Below are positions 14,154-26,700 of a stretch of 64,000 nucleotides of DNA, one piece after another. The stretch comes from Paraspadella gotoi (lineage: Eukaryota > Animalia > Chaetognatha), in contig CM119263.1 of NCBI GenBank assembly GCA_051294375.1, positions 21,202,268-21,266,267 of the forward strand. The letters are read 5' to 3'. The notes below the pieces were generated by a model. That model saw nothing but the letters and a program-made list of their open reading frames with translations. It was not told the DNA's origin and searched no databases. A program made the position numbers and the translations under genes. Every line of letters begins with the position of its first letter. Within the stretch, counting starts at the first letter, position 1.

Positions 14154-14883
14154 CGAAAATTCATTTTCCCTCATGTTCCCGATGTTTCTGTCGGTGTCTC
14201 AAAGATGGGGAATAAGAATTACGGCAGACGCCTACCAGAGTTCCATCTTATCTCATCTCTCTTAGCTCATTAATTTTGCTAAATGAATTACATTTTTAGC
14301 ATTTTTGAATCAATCATATACTTTATTAAGCTTTTTAAACGTTCAAACCTTAATCTTTATATCTAATCCTGAATTTTCATTTTTCACAAATAAAAAAAAA
14401 ACCTTTCACGGAAACGGAATCGATTTTCACGCGACGACGAGAAAAAAATTCTTTGGAACGACCATCGAATTCTATTAGGCCCATAAAAACCAAACTCCGC
14501 CCNNNNNNNNNNNNNNNNNNNNNNNNNNNNNNNNNNNNNNNNNNNNNNNNNNNNNNNNNNNNNNNNNNNNNNNNNNNNNNNNNNNNNNNNNNNNNNNNNG
14601 CGATGATTTGACCTTCAAGGATTCAGGCGCCTATCTCTCTGTTTTTTTTTTAAACCTGTCAACATTAAGCCTTAGAAGATTAAAGATTTAATCTTTCATT
14701 TTTAGTTATTACTCTTTATCGTTTCCACTCTACCTTTATCTTTTACTTTCAACATGTATTTTTTACAATGACCTCTTATATTTTACTTTCCCATTCATTA
14801 CTCCCACTTTGACCTTTCCTTCTTCTCTAACTTTTTCCATTCATCTTTTCTTTTCACCTTTCATTTTTACCTCTCTTCTTTTC

Positions 14884-14916
<33 letters not shown>

Positions 14917-15463
14917 NNNNNNNNNNNNNNNNNNNNNNNNNNNNNNNNNNNNNNNNNNNNNNNNNNNNNNNNNNNNNNNNNNNNNNNNNNNNNNNNNNNN
15001 NNNNNNNNNNNNNNNNNNNNNNNNNNNNNNCTCTCTCTCTCATCTTTTTCGATGCCTACAGGGTTTCGCACTTTCAATCGATCGATCATAAAACTATCAC
15101 AGTCCAGCAAGTTGATGACAGAAAAGTAAAGTCCTTTGCAAAAAGACATCGTCTGCTCTTCTTATTATTCAACATTTGAAAAGTTTCAAGCTTTTTTCAA
15201 AAATGGATTTCTCGTTCCGTGAATAATCTCGATCAAAATTACGATATTTCTAAGAAAATATTTCATCTCTATTAATCGAATTATGCCAATTTTTAATACA
15301 GAATATTTTTTTTTAAACAGACCAAGTTAAACGTCTCTCATTTTTTAAAATTTTTTTTATTTTTCTTTCTTTTATTATTTGCTCTTCTTGTAATCAAGAT
15401 CAACACGTGAGACCGTCTCGAGTTTTATTTCCTTCCCCATTTTTTATTCCCTTCTCCTTTATA

Positions 15464-15517
<54 letters not shown>

Positions 15518-18500
15518 TTTGCTCTGTTCCACAGGCGGTAATCAAGGTGCTAAGCTTCTCCATAAATTTCACTGGCTCCTCAACCCTCGCCAAGTTTTCG
15601 ACTTGTCTCAGGGAGGTCCTCAAGTCGGGTAAGTAGGAGAGAGAGAGAGAGAATATAAGTCGTTGAGAGTAAACGCTCGAGAGAAACTGATGTGAATTGA
15701 CTCTTGAAAAATAAGGCGTTGAAGATAACATGACAATAAAGACAACAGTGACGACGACGACGTCGACGAGGACGCTGAAGGCGACGATGAAGATGATGTT
15801 CCGATCGATCAAGCTGATTACGAAAAAATAATACCAGTAATGATCGCTATAGTCTTTGACTCATTGGCTTTATTAAAGAGGATTTACGTATTTTTTTATC
15901 ATCCCTATTCTGATTACTTATAATATTTATGAATAAGCGTGAAGAGTTTTTTCTTAGATATGAAAATTTGCAAATTACTTGTTTCACTATTTTTTATTTT
16001 TCTATTTTTCTATTTTAATAATTTTATGAAGGTTTTAGTATTTAATCTATATTATTTATTCAAACATATATTGCTTTCTTTTTTAAAAATATTTTATTTA
16101 TCTAATAATTCAATTTGGGAAGGGGAAGTCAGTGTTGTTTTCTGGAAATAGAGGGAGCATCTATACAACATAAGGTTCAATTACTATCTGTCCTAGTTTT
16201 CTGTTAGAAAGTCATTAATGAAAAATCATAATATCTATGAGGCTGAACAGAAAGGGGTGGGAATGGATAATTTTTTGAGGGACCAACGATATATATGATT
16301 TTTTTACCAATAGGGATAAGACTACCATGTAGAATTGTATGTTCTGATAGGGATACATACTGGGGAAAGGTCTATAGGGGCACCTTTATGTCATGAATAT
16401 AATTTTAAAATACTTTAATGAAAATTTTATTTTTTCTTTATCCTATTTTTTAATTATTTCTTTTTTGAATATTTTTCATCTTTTATGTTTATACAATGGG
16501 AAGGTCATCAGTTGGGAACCTATACCCTTCATGGATTTCGGCTCTTTAATCCCAATATATATAAGATATATAAGATATATATAATATATATAATATATAT
16601 ATGTATATATATATATAATATATATATAAGATATATATAAGATATATAAGAAAGGTTGCAGAATATAGAATTAAAAAATATTGGACAGGAAAACACTAAA
16701 CAAGTGAAAAGAAAACGAGAAAACTCGAATTCAAAAGAAAAAAAATGGAGGAAAATTATTTTGTCTTGACTTTTTTCTGCGTCGGCGATTGAATTAGTTT
16801 GATAAAGTAAACAGAGCCTGAAATTTAGCGATATCAGCGGAAAATTTATAACAAAAATTTAGCGATATCAGTTAAAATTTTCTAAGTAGAAAACGAATAT
16901 TTTTGTATAAAAATTTCTTTATCAATTTATTCATTTTAATCTCTTTGTCCTGGGAAAAATGTCTCGAAATTTGTATAATACTTTGCCAAAAATGCTTGTC
17001 TGATTTTTTAGGGAAAAGAGTTTAATTTTTTCTTTCTACTCCTTTCCTCGTTTTAAGTCAATTGAGTCTCTCTTTCCCCGGAACGATTCTCTTTTAGAAA
17101 ATTGTCTCTGTTTTCAATTGGCCTCTCTCTCTCTCTCTCTCTNNNNNNNNNNNNNNNNNNNNNNNNNNNNNNNNNNNNNNNNNNNNNNNNNNNNNNNNNN
17201 NNNNNNNNNNNNNNNNNNNNNNNNNNNNNNNNNNNNNNNNNNNNNNNNNNNNNNNNNNNNNNNNNNNNNNNNNNNNNNNNNNNNNNNNNNNNNNNNNNNN
17301 NNNNNNNNNNNNNNNNNNNNNNNNNNNNNNAATTCTTTTTTATCCTTTCTCACATTTTCCCTCCAGAAATCCACGAATAACTCGCTCCAGATTCTCTAAA
17401 CCTTTCCTTCCCCTTACACTTTCCAGACTGGAACTCTACCGGAAGTGTCCCAATCTCCGCATCTTGGCCTGCGGCGGCGACGGTACTGTGGGTTGGATCC
17501 TCAGCGTCATCGATCAAATGAGGATCTACCCTCCGCCCGCCGTGGCCGTCATGCCCCTGGGGACGGGCAACGACCTCGCGCGGACCCTCAACTGGGGCGG
17601 GGTGAGTTCGGTTCGGGTTAGGGGACTGAGACTGAGACTGGAACTTGGACTGGGACTGGGACTGGGCAGAAACCGTTTTGATTTTTGAGTGCGAGAATGG
17701 AAAACTTGCCCAAAAGTCCAAATCGTCTATAAGGTTCTGATTAAGAACAAAAAGACAAGAAAGATAAGAAAAGAATCTCTTTAAAATGAAAAAGGAAATA
17801 ACTAATAGACGGGTAAAGTAAATCGATTGTCAAATACGTACTACTAAACCATTACAAAACTGAAAAATAAATTACAATACAATAATTATAAAAGTAACCG
17901 TGTAGGCGTTTTGTAGTTATCGCCTTGAATCGATCCCAGCTGCTTCCCCCCAACTTCTTTGTCCAGGGCTACACTGACGAGCCCGTCTCCAAATACCTTC
18001 TCTCCGTCGCCGATGGAACCGTCGTTCAACTCGATCGATGGAATATCTCCACCGAACTCTTGACTCCGTGTCGCCCGCTGGGTGGCGGTGGCGGCGGCGG
18101 CGGCGGCGGCACCGGAAGTGGAACCGACGAGTCTTCGTTCGGCGCCGAGGAGGCGCAGGGCGTCGTCGGTGCCGGATCAATGCCGAGTGGCGGCGCCNNN
18201 NNNNNNNNNNNNNNNNNNNNNNNNNNNNNNNNNNNNNNNNNNNNNNNNNNNNNNNNNNNNNNNNNNNNNNNNNNNNNNNNNNNNNNNNNNNNNNNNNNNN
18301 NNNNNNNNNNNNNNNNNNNNNNNNNNNNNNNNNNNNNNNNNNNNNNNNNNNNNNNNNNNNNNNNNNNNNNNNNNNNNNNNNNNNNNNNNNNNNNNNNNNN
18401 NNNNNNNNNNNNNNNNNNNNNNNNNNNNNNNNNNNNNNNNNNNNNNNNNNNNNNNNNNNNNNNNNNNNNNNNNNNNNNNNNNNNNNNNNNNNNNNNNNNN

Positions 18501-20719
18501 NNNNNNNNNNNNNNNNNNNNNNNNNNNNNNNNNNNNNNNNNNNNNNNNNNNNNNNNNNNNNNNNNNNNNNNNNNNNNNNNNNNNNNNNNNNNNNNNNNNN
18601 NNNNNNNNNNNNNNNNNNNNNNNNNNNNNNNNNNNNNNNNNNNNNNNNNNNNNNNNNNNNNNNNNNNNNNNNNNNNNNNNNNNNNNNNNNNNNNNNNNNN
18701 NNNNNNNNNNNNNNNNNNNNNNNNNNNNNNNNNNNNNNNNNNNNNNNNNNNNNNNNNNNNNNNNNNNNNNNNNNNNNNNNNNNNNNNNNNNNNNNNNNNN
18801 NNNNNNNNNNNNNNNNNGACGTCGACGTCTTCAACCTCTTCAGGTGCCATCCCACCATCGACGCTGGCGACCGGAAGCGTGGCCGCGCCCACCAACGCCA
18901 CCACGTCCACGTCAACGCCATCGTCAGCCGACGCCGCCACTAAACTACCGCTGGATGTCATCAACAACTACTTTAGCCTCGGGACGGATGCTCACGTGGC
19001 GTTGGAGTTCCACGAGTCCAGGGGTGAGTTGAACGGTGGAGAAAGAGGTGTGGCAGTGGTGTGGTGGGGATGTGATGTGATTGCATAGAGATAGAGAATT
19101 CTAGAAGGTTCACTGGCAATCGAATTGTGAAATAAAAGTGAGAGAGAAAAACCCGTTCATTGATTGAGAGTTCTTTTTTACCTCTCTCTCTCTCCCTCCC
19201 CCTCTCTCTCTCTCTTTCTTACCTCCTGTCTCTGTCTAATGTCTGTCTCTATGCATATCTTCCGCCTTAGACGATCGAATATAAAAGCCCTATATAATCA
19301 GTCGGCCGAGTAATAATTTTGATCATTATACAATTTTTAGGGCCGTAAAACAAAAGGTGTTCTGCATGGTTTACTTTATGAAGCTGATAAAAATATTGGT
19401 GTTGTTTGGGNNNNNNNNNNNNNNNNNNNNNNNNNTGGGTAAGTTAGAGCATTCTTGAATTTTTATAGATTAAATAATCAAGACATTGGATTAAGCAAGA
19501 CATCTTTTTAATTTAGTACGTTTATTGACAGTGTAGACTGTTGCAGATAATTACTTTTGGTAGCAAATGTCAGCTTTAAAGCTAAAAGGAATAGAAAATT
19601 ATTACTTTATTTAATAGATATTGTTTTTTTTCTTTCGTTTCGTTGGTAGCATTAAAGGAGAATAGTTGTTTTTTATTTTTAACCAACGAATTTATGAAAA
19701 ATGGACATGTTTCGGCTTCAATGTAAGGCTTCATCAGCGCAAAGTGAATTGAATTTTGACAATTATTTTCACAGGACTGGGAATGTGATATTCTATAGGT
19801 GTCATTCTTTTATGCATTAGGACCAATTTTATAGCTAATTATTTCTTAAAACCAAGATAATTGTTTGGCTAGGTAAGTAGAGAGCAGAACAGCATGACGA
19901 GTTACTAGGGGGAATTTTTAGATAACCAGATCTTGACAATCATCAACTCTGATTGAAAGGGCAAATAAAGTTATTTTAAAAATCATTTCTACAAGTGTAT
20001 TAGTAATATTAAGAATATGAGCGACGTTATGTTAGCGTCGTATGACTAGTGAAACCTCCTGAGTAACTTAAAGATTGTGAATCGGGTAAGGTTGCGCGAG
20101 TAGGGATGGCAAGTGGAGGAGAGAAAGTTCCACTCGTTTTCCGACTAATGGTCGTCCGCGACGTGAGAAAATGACGCGGAGGGCGTTGGGTGGGCGTGGG
20201 CGAAAGTCGTTAATCGGAGACGCGGAAAGTTTAGCGGTTTAGGGCGGAATCGTGGACTCGTTTTGACGGGGGAATTATTAGTAAGTTATATTCAGTGAAG
20301 AGATTCAGTTGTTATTTAGTTGACCTTAATATGAATTCCTTTAATTTTAATCTTACCATCTGAAATTTTCAAAATCGCTAAATATTTAACTAAACTTTTG
20401 AACGTAATAAGTTCTGAACATAATTAATTATCCCAATTTTTCTCCTGAATTACGCAATCTTCATCCCTAATGCTTTTCCACACATATATGATTTAATTAT
20501 ATTTATAGATTCCCAAAAGTGTAATCTATTTATCTCTATACAACAATTTGGTTACGCAGTTCCGCCCTACCACCGATCGTTCCATTCTTATAAGCAGGCA
20601 GGGCGACGCCATCAGCGTCAACGGCGGAAAAACTTCTCTCACTTCCTTTTAACGAGTCTTTCGCTTCTCCAACCTATTTTTTACGTTTGTTTACATTTAT
20701 GTTGGAACGAGGACGGAGA

Positions 20720-20750
<31 letters not shown>

Positions 20751-23700
20751 GAGAAGAAGAGAGAGAGAGAGAGAGAGAGAGAGAAGAAGAGAAAGAGAGA
20801 TATTCTTATGATCCTCTTTTTGGTTCTTTGAATTTCCACTTTTCCTCTTTTCTTTTCTTTTCTTTTTTTCTTTTCTTTTCTTTTCTTTTCTTTTCTTTTC
20901 CTTTTCTTTTCTTTCTTTTCTTTTCTTCTCCTTTTTTATTTTCTGTTTTCTTTCTTCTTCTTTTCTCTTTGTCTTTTTCTTTTCTTTCCTCGTATATTAA
21001 TTGATTTTCGTTTTTTTTTTTCTTTAGAGACTTTCTTCCTATTATTTTAAATCCGGTGGCAAGCCTTTATTTTTTAAAACTGGTTAATAAAAAACCTTTT
21101 TTTTATTCTCCGCAGTTTCATATCTTTTTTCCTCCTTTTATTTTTGATTTTTCTTTCTGAATTTTGTTTTTTTGGATATTTTTTTAATAAAAGTACTTCT
21201 TTTTTTTTTCTAATAGTCATTTCATCGTAAGTTTTAATGTCATCGTTTCTTCCTTCCTTTTCTTTCACCAGTAATCACAAAGACAAGACTCAGAGAAAAA
21301 TTTAAAAAAGATAAAAATAGAAATAAGAAAAAAATAAGAAAAAAAATCGGTGATTGTAAAAAAAAAATATTAATCGCTTTTTTTATCCTCGAGACGCAGA
21401 AGCGAAATCACGGGAAAAAGTTCAACACAGTCGATTCAAAAACAAAAATATTCTACGGCTGGGGTAAGGAAGGGGTTAAGAGGAAGGGGAGATAGTAAGG
21501 AGGGGAAGGACGGAAAGTGAAGGTAGTCAAATACAGGAAATTATTATTTTTAAATTGACTAAGTAAACTATTATTTTTTTAAATATTATTTTTTATAAAT
21601 CTATTTCCTACAGGCAGGCGGCGGTGAACTGTTGAAGCGAAGGCTGGAAAGATTTGGGCAGATCGACATCCTTTAGAGGTGAGTACGAACATAACACAGG
21701 ATGGGTCGGACCTAATGAAGTCCTCATGACTCATGATCATGAGAGCTCAGAAGGGTTCCACTTTGATTCAGTTTGGGGAAGTCGATTGAGGCGCGATGGT
21801 TAGGGTATGAGGGGGTCCTCCAGTGAACAATTCCGTCTAAATCGAGTTTCTTGAACGGCGGACGCGTCGTGTTACTTTGGAAAATGGGCCTCCGTAAAAA
21901 TATAAGAAAAGGTGGAGAAAAAGCCTGCGCGGGGTTATACCTCATCCTTCTCCGTTTCTCAGTGCGACGGAGTGGATATTGACTCAGAAACCTCAAAGAC
22001 CTCAAACTTCACGGCATTTTGTTCTTATACATCCCCAGGTACAGGGAGCGAGGCGTGAGAGTGGTAAAGGCTGCAAGATATCACAGAGATTTAGAGTAGA
22101 GCTGGTCTAAAGGGCAATGAAGAATAGCATTAGTGAGAGCAGAGAACTGCGGGGAGTGTATGGTAAAAAAAAAAAAATTACGATAAAAAATAAAAACATT
22201 AAAAAAAGCGAGAAAAAAGTAGACGGCGCAAGATGGATAGTGAAGAAAAGCGAAAAAGAAAGAGGCGTTAGAGAAAGTCTCGCATAATATTTGCTAAAAT
22301 GGAAAAACGCTCGATGAGCTAGCAAAATATGCGAAAAAAAAACATGCTGTGTTTATCCACGGTGATTTCTTTTGTTTTTGTTTTTTTATTGTTTTTTTTT
22401 ATAACTTTGTTTTTTGTGTTTTTCAGTGCAAATAAAAGTGAGGAAAAAAAAACGGGGTTCACTTAAAATGAGAGATATGTGTTGCTATCTCACTATCTTC
22501 CTTCTTACTATCTCTCTCTCAACACAGCTCCTCTCTCACATTAAAATATTCAAAGAAGACGTTAATTCATTTCTTTAATCAAAATACCAAATCAATGTTT
22601 TTTAATGTTATACTGATCGCGTTAAAACGAAAATGCTAACTCTTTGCTTCTCTCGTCCTGTTTTTAGGTATAGTGCTGGCACCATTCCATGGAGGACGTC
22701 GACTTCCTGCATTTCGGACCTCAGACGGTCGGACGACGGTTTTCCTTGAGGTGATACGGGTTCACGACGGCGCCTCGCTTGGTGGAGTGGATGGTTGGGT
22801 ACACTTTTTTTCGTCATCTTTGTCATCAAGGAACATTTTTTTTTTCCTAATTTTTTAAAAAATTTTTTTTTTCTTGTCTTTTTTCTTATTTCGTCGACGA
22901 TGGTTTCGTTCATTGTTTTTTTTTATAGTTGTAGGTCGGGCATTGCTATAAGCATGACACTTTTCAGTTGTGACCTGGTGGCCTCATTGGATAAAGCCAT
23001 CAGCTCATGACGCATATAGGTCACCGGGTTCATTCCCAACCGCGTGCCTACCCTGCGGGAAGCGTGAGGATGGCATAAGCTGCCTTGGGGCGTGGGAAAA
23101 CCCTCAGCCCCTGGTCCAAGCCGGGACCCCGTCCATGGCTGCATAGAAAGGAGATTAAAGATTTGCGGATAGTCAATCTTCAAGCCCACTTATGCGCCTT
23201 AATCGCACATATCCACATAAATACTTTAAAACTAACGCTTAAATCAATAGATGTTTTTGAAAACGACATTGGCTTTTGTTTTACTGAATGATCTTTGAAG
23301 GCGAATTTCATAGCAGAACCATCTTCGACTGTACAAAGTTGTCTTTCAAAGATTAAATATGCTTTAAAAAAGAATTTGTGTTCAAGAAATTAAAAGTTGT
23401 AAAGAGGTAATTAACAACGTTATCGTAGTTAAAGCGAAAAAAAAACTGGTGGAGTTCAATACCAGCGGCTGCTCTACAGGTTGGGGGCCATGGTGGAACG
23501 CATCTGCCAATGGGCGCAGGAAAATAAAAATTGACGACGTCGTGAAGCCATTCCGCATGCGGTAAAGTGGAACTAACGTATTTTATATGAAATAGATAAA
23601 TAAACAATGATTAAAACAGAAGAGTAAATTCCCATAATCATATGATGTCCAATAAATCTGTTGCTTAAGGTCGATGGGGAGCCTTGTAAACTACAGCCAT

Positions 23701-26700
23701 CTGTGATAAAGAATTTGGCATCGAAATCAAGCTAACATGGTGAGGAAGGGTCAAATGGGGCCGCGGAGCACCGTACCGTGCACGAACGAAGTGAGTTTTT
23801 TGTGTCGTTGGGAGAAATGGACAGCGTGATCTTCTGACGCGCCTGATGTCATAAAACCGTTCTTTATTTGCATTTGGCCATCCATGCAAGGAGCGATTGC
23901 GGATCTACAAGTAATCTTGTGATTTGCCGGTTTCGACTACGAGGCCCTCAGGTGGGGAAAATGGGAATGAGGATTGGGGATTGAGGATTCCATGTGACTT
24001 AAAGTAACGTCTTTTATAAGCGAGCGTATTGTAGGCCTAAATGTAAGAAAACATTATTTAGTTTGACAATCTTTCGTGAATTAACCATAATCTTGAAATA
24101 AAAACTTCCATCAATTACTGGGCAGCGACTAGATTACGACATAAGTTGTACTAAGTACATACAACTAAAATACATTATGGATTACTCGCTTTTTTCTTTT
24201 GGACTCATTTTAACAACAGGTTTTGCGAGGGACGGCTGGAAGGAGGTTTCCATTCCGCTAGGACATCATCGTCGTGAGAACGACTCGGACTTGGCGCGGT
24301 CAGGCATTCGTCATCAACAGATACGTTGGGGTAGTTTTACTCTTTGCTGGGTCAGGACATGAATTGTCTATTTTCAGAGAACGACGTTCCAAAAAAAAAC
24401 GCGTGCGGTTTGTGTTGACGAATTTTTTATATTTTGAACTTGAAAATATTGGAGTTTAATTTGCACTTTTTCACGAGTTATTTTCAAAACTGGTAATGAA
24501 ATAAAAATTTGTACAGACGATGAATAGTAAGAAGAATGATAATAAGTAAAAATACCTTTGGTGGTTAATTGGCCGTCAGGAATCGATTTGTTTTTTGTAA
24601 CGAAAATAAACCTACTTTACGGCAAACAATCGGGTAATGCGAAATAAAACGAATCTCGGACACAGACAAAAAAAGATGAAGTAAAGGGAAAGAAGGAGAG
24701 AGAAAAAAAATTCGTTAAAATGGGATTTTGGTGAAAAAAAAAGATAACGTTGCAAATTTGCTCATATCTTGGAGCCAATGCTGGAGATAAATCTCTTGTT
24801 GCTGCCGGTCGGGAGCGATGAATGCCTTTGGTCGTCTGGGGAGTAAGAAGTTTCGCCAGACGAAGGGCGGAAAAAGACTGATAGGAAAAGAAGAATAATT
24901 TGTATGGAACGCATTTTTTTATTAAAGGCGTCGTCGCCTGTCAATCTTTGTTCCTTGCATTATGTAAAGCTCATAGGTAATAACTTTGAAAATAAAGAAA
25001 GAAATGATTGCTTATTAATGAATTGTGAACTTTAAATAGCGACAGAATATTTATCTTTTACCAGAAGCTAATTAGATTAAGCTAATTAAATAACTAATGG
25101 TGACTAAAAACTGAAAACCATTATAATATCTACTAGTTTATTATTATCATAAAAATCACTAATAGTTCCTCACCCTCGGGTCGTAAGGAGGCATAAACCA
25201 TGTAGCCTGGGATAATGGCGACGGTGATGCTCGTCATCATCAAGCCATCACGTTGGGTAAATAGCGGAGACACGGTACTGGTGGGAAACATAAAAATCAT
25301 ATATCATTATCTTTGAAATATATACAACTTCATTGATAGAGAAGCCAGGTACTTCTGAGAGTGAATAAACGAGTACTGTGAAGGAGTCTTGACTGAAAGC
25401 TTGCAGGGACCTGCTATGTCATTATCTGTAAGAGTGATTGAGACCTTAAACCACAAGCCTATCCAAAGTCAGGGGCAAGATAGCTTATTTATTAAATTAA
25501 ATGGATAAATTTTTATATTGGTGCTGTAAGCAAATTTTATAGTTACAGAAAAAACGTTATTAATTTATTATTATTATTATTCTATTAATTGTATTAATTA
25601 TTGATTTTTTTTTAAATTCAAAAATTTTGCTATATTTTTTGCTCCCAGTTTAAAACTGATTTAACTGAGACCCAGCAACAAGAACAACGCGTGCAAATTT
25701 ATCCCTAAAGTTTGTAAAACTTGAAACGTCGCTGTCGCGCACATGCGAAAAACAGTGCAGCACTCGACGGCTGGTGTGTCGATTCTGCCATTTATTCCAA
25801 CAAAGATAATTTAACTCCGCAAGCACCCTTACCTAAAATATTAAAAACGCACAAGCTAATAAAGCAAAACTCTAATATTGTTTTTAAATTATCGTGCCTC
25901 ACTTTCAAAAGCGATTCTCTCTCTCTCGTCTCTCTCTCTCCTCTCTCTCTCCTCTCTTCTCTCTTCTCTCTCTCCCTACTTTTGATATTCAAGAGGTTTG
26001 TAAGTGACGAGCTAGCGACGCTTATTGTTAGGAGGAAAAGTGGAGTCACGAATTCCAAGCAAATTCGGCCAAATAGATGGACGTTGTTTGAAATCCGAGC
26101 ATCATTTGAATGTCGCTGATAGGATAATCAAAAAAAAAAACTAATAATGCATGAAGATTATAAAAAATGTAAAAATGTTTAAAATGCTTTTTAGCATTTT
26201 CAAAGTTTATCTGGATAGTGGACGCCGTAAGTTAGTAAAAGTTGGGGAAAAAAACTGTTTTCTCGTGCAAGACAGCATAAGCAATCTGACCTAGAAAACT
26301 GAATCCAAACCGTAGAAACCAGGCGAGAGCGATGGCCTGAACATAACGGCGAATCAAGAATGCTTTCCCGGCGGCGAACGTGGGTCTGAAAATCGCGTAG
26401 TCTAGCTATTTTAGATAATTTTTTATTTATTTTATATATTTTTTATATTTGGTATTTTTCTTTTTTTATATAAGACATAAATTCTTTAATTTATTCTACA
26501 AAATTAAATTTCCAAAAACTAAGTTGTCACATTAACACACTTCTGTGCCCGCGTTAATATTGTTTTCTCAATTGCGATTTTTCGCAAGCTTCTGAGTTCC
26601 GACTGTTTTTTTTTTTTCGCTTTATATTACAAAGCCATGCCACTAAGCCCAACTATCATAACATACAAATTATCATATTATGGCAACAGCGGGTTGCCTG

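Noticed and set aside
13592-18967. Long ORFs through N runs
   Set aside because: They stay open only because of Ns. Only the + frame of 17967-19023 has DGK homology.
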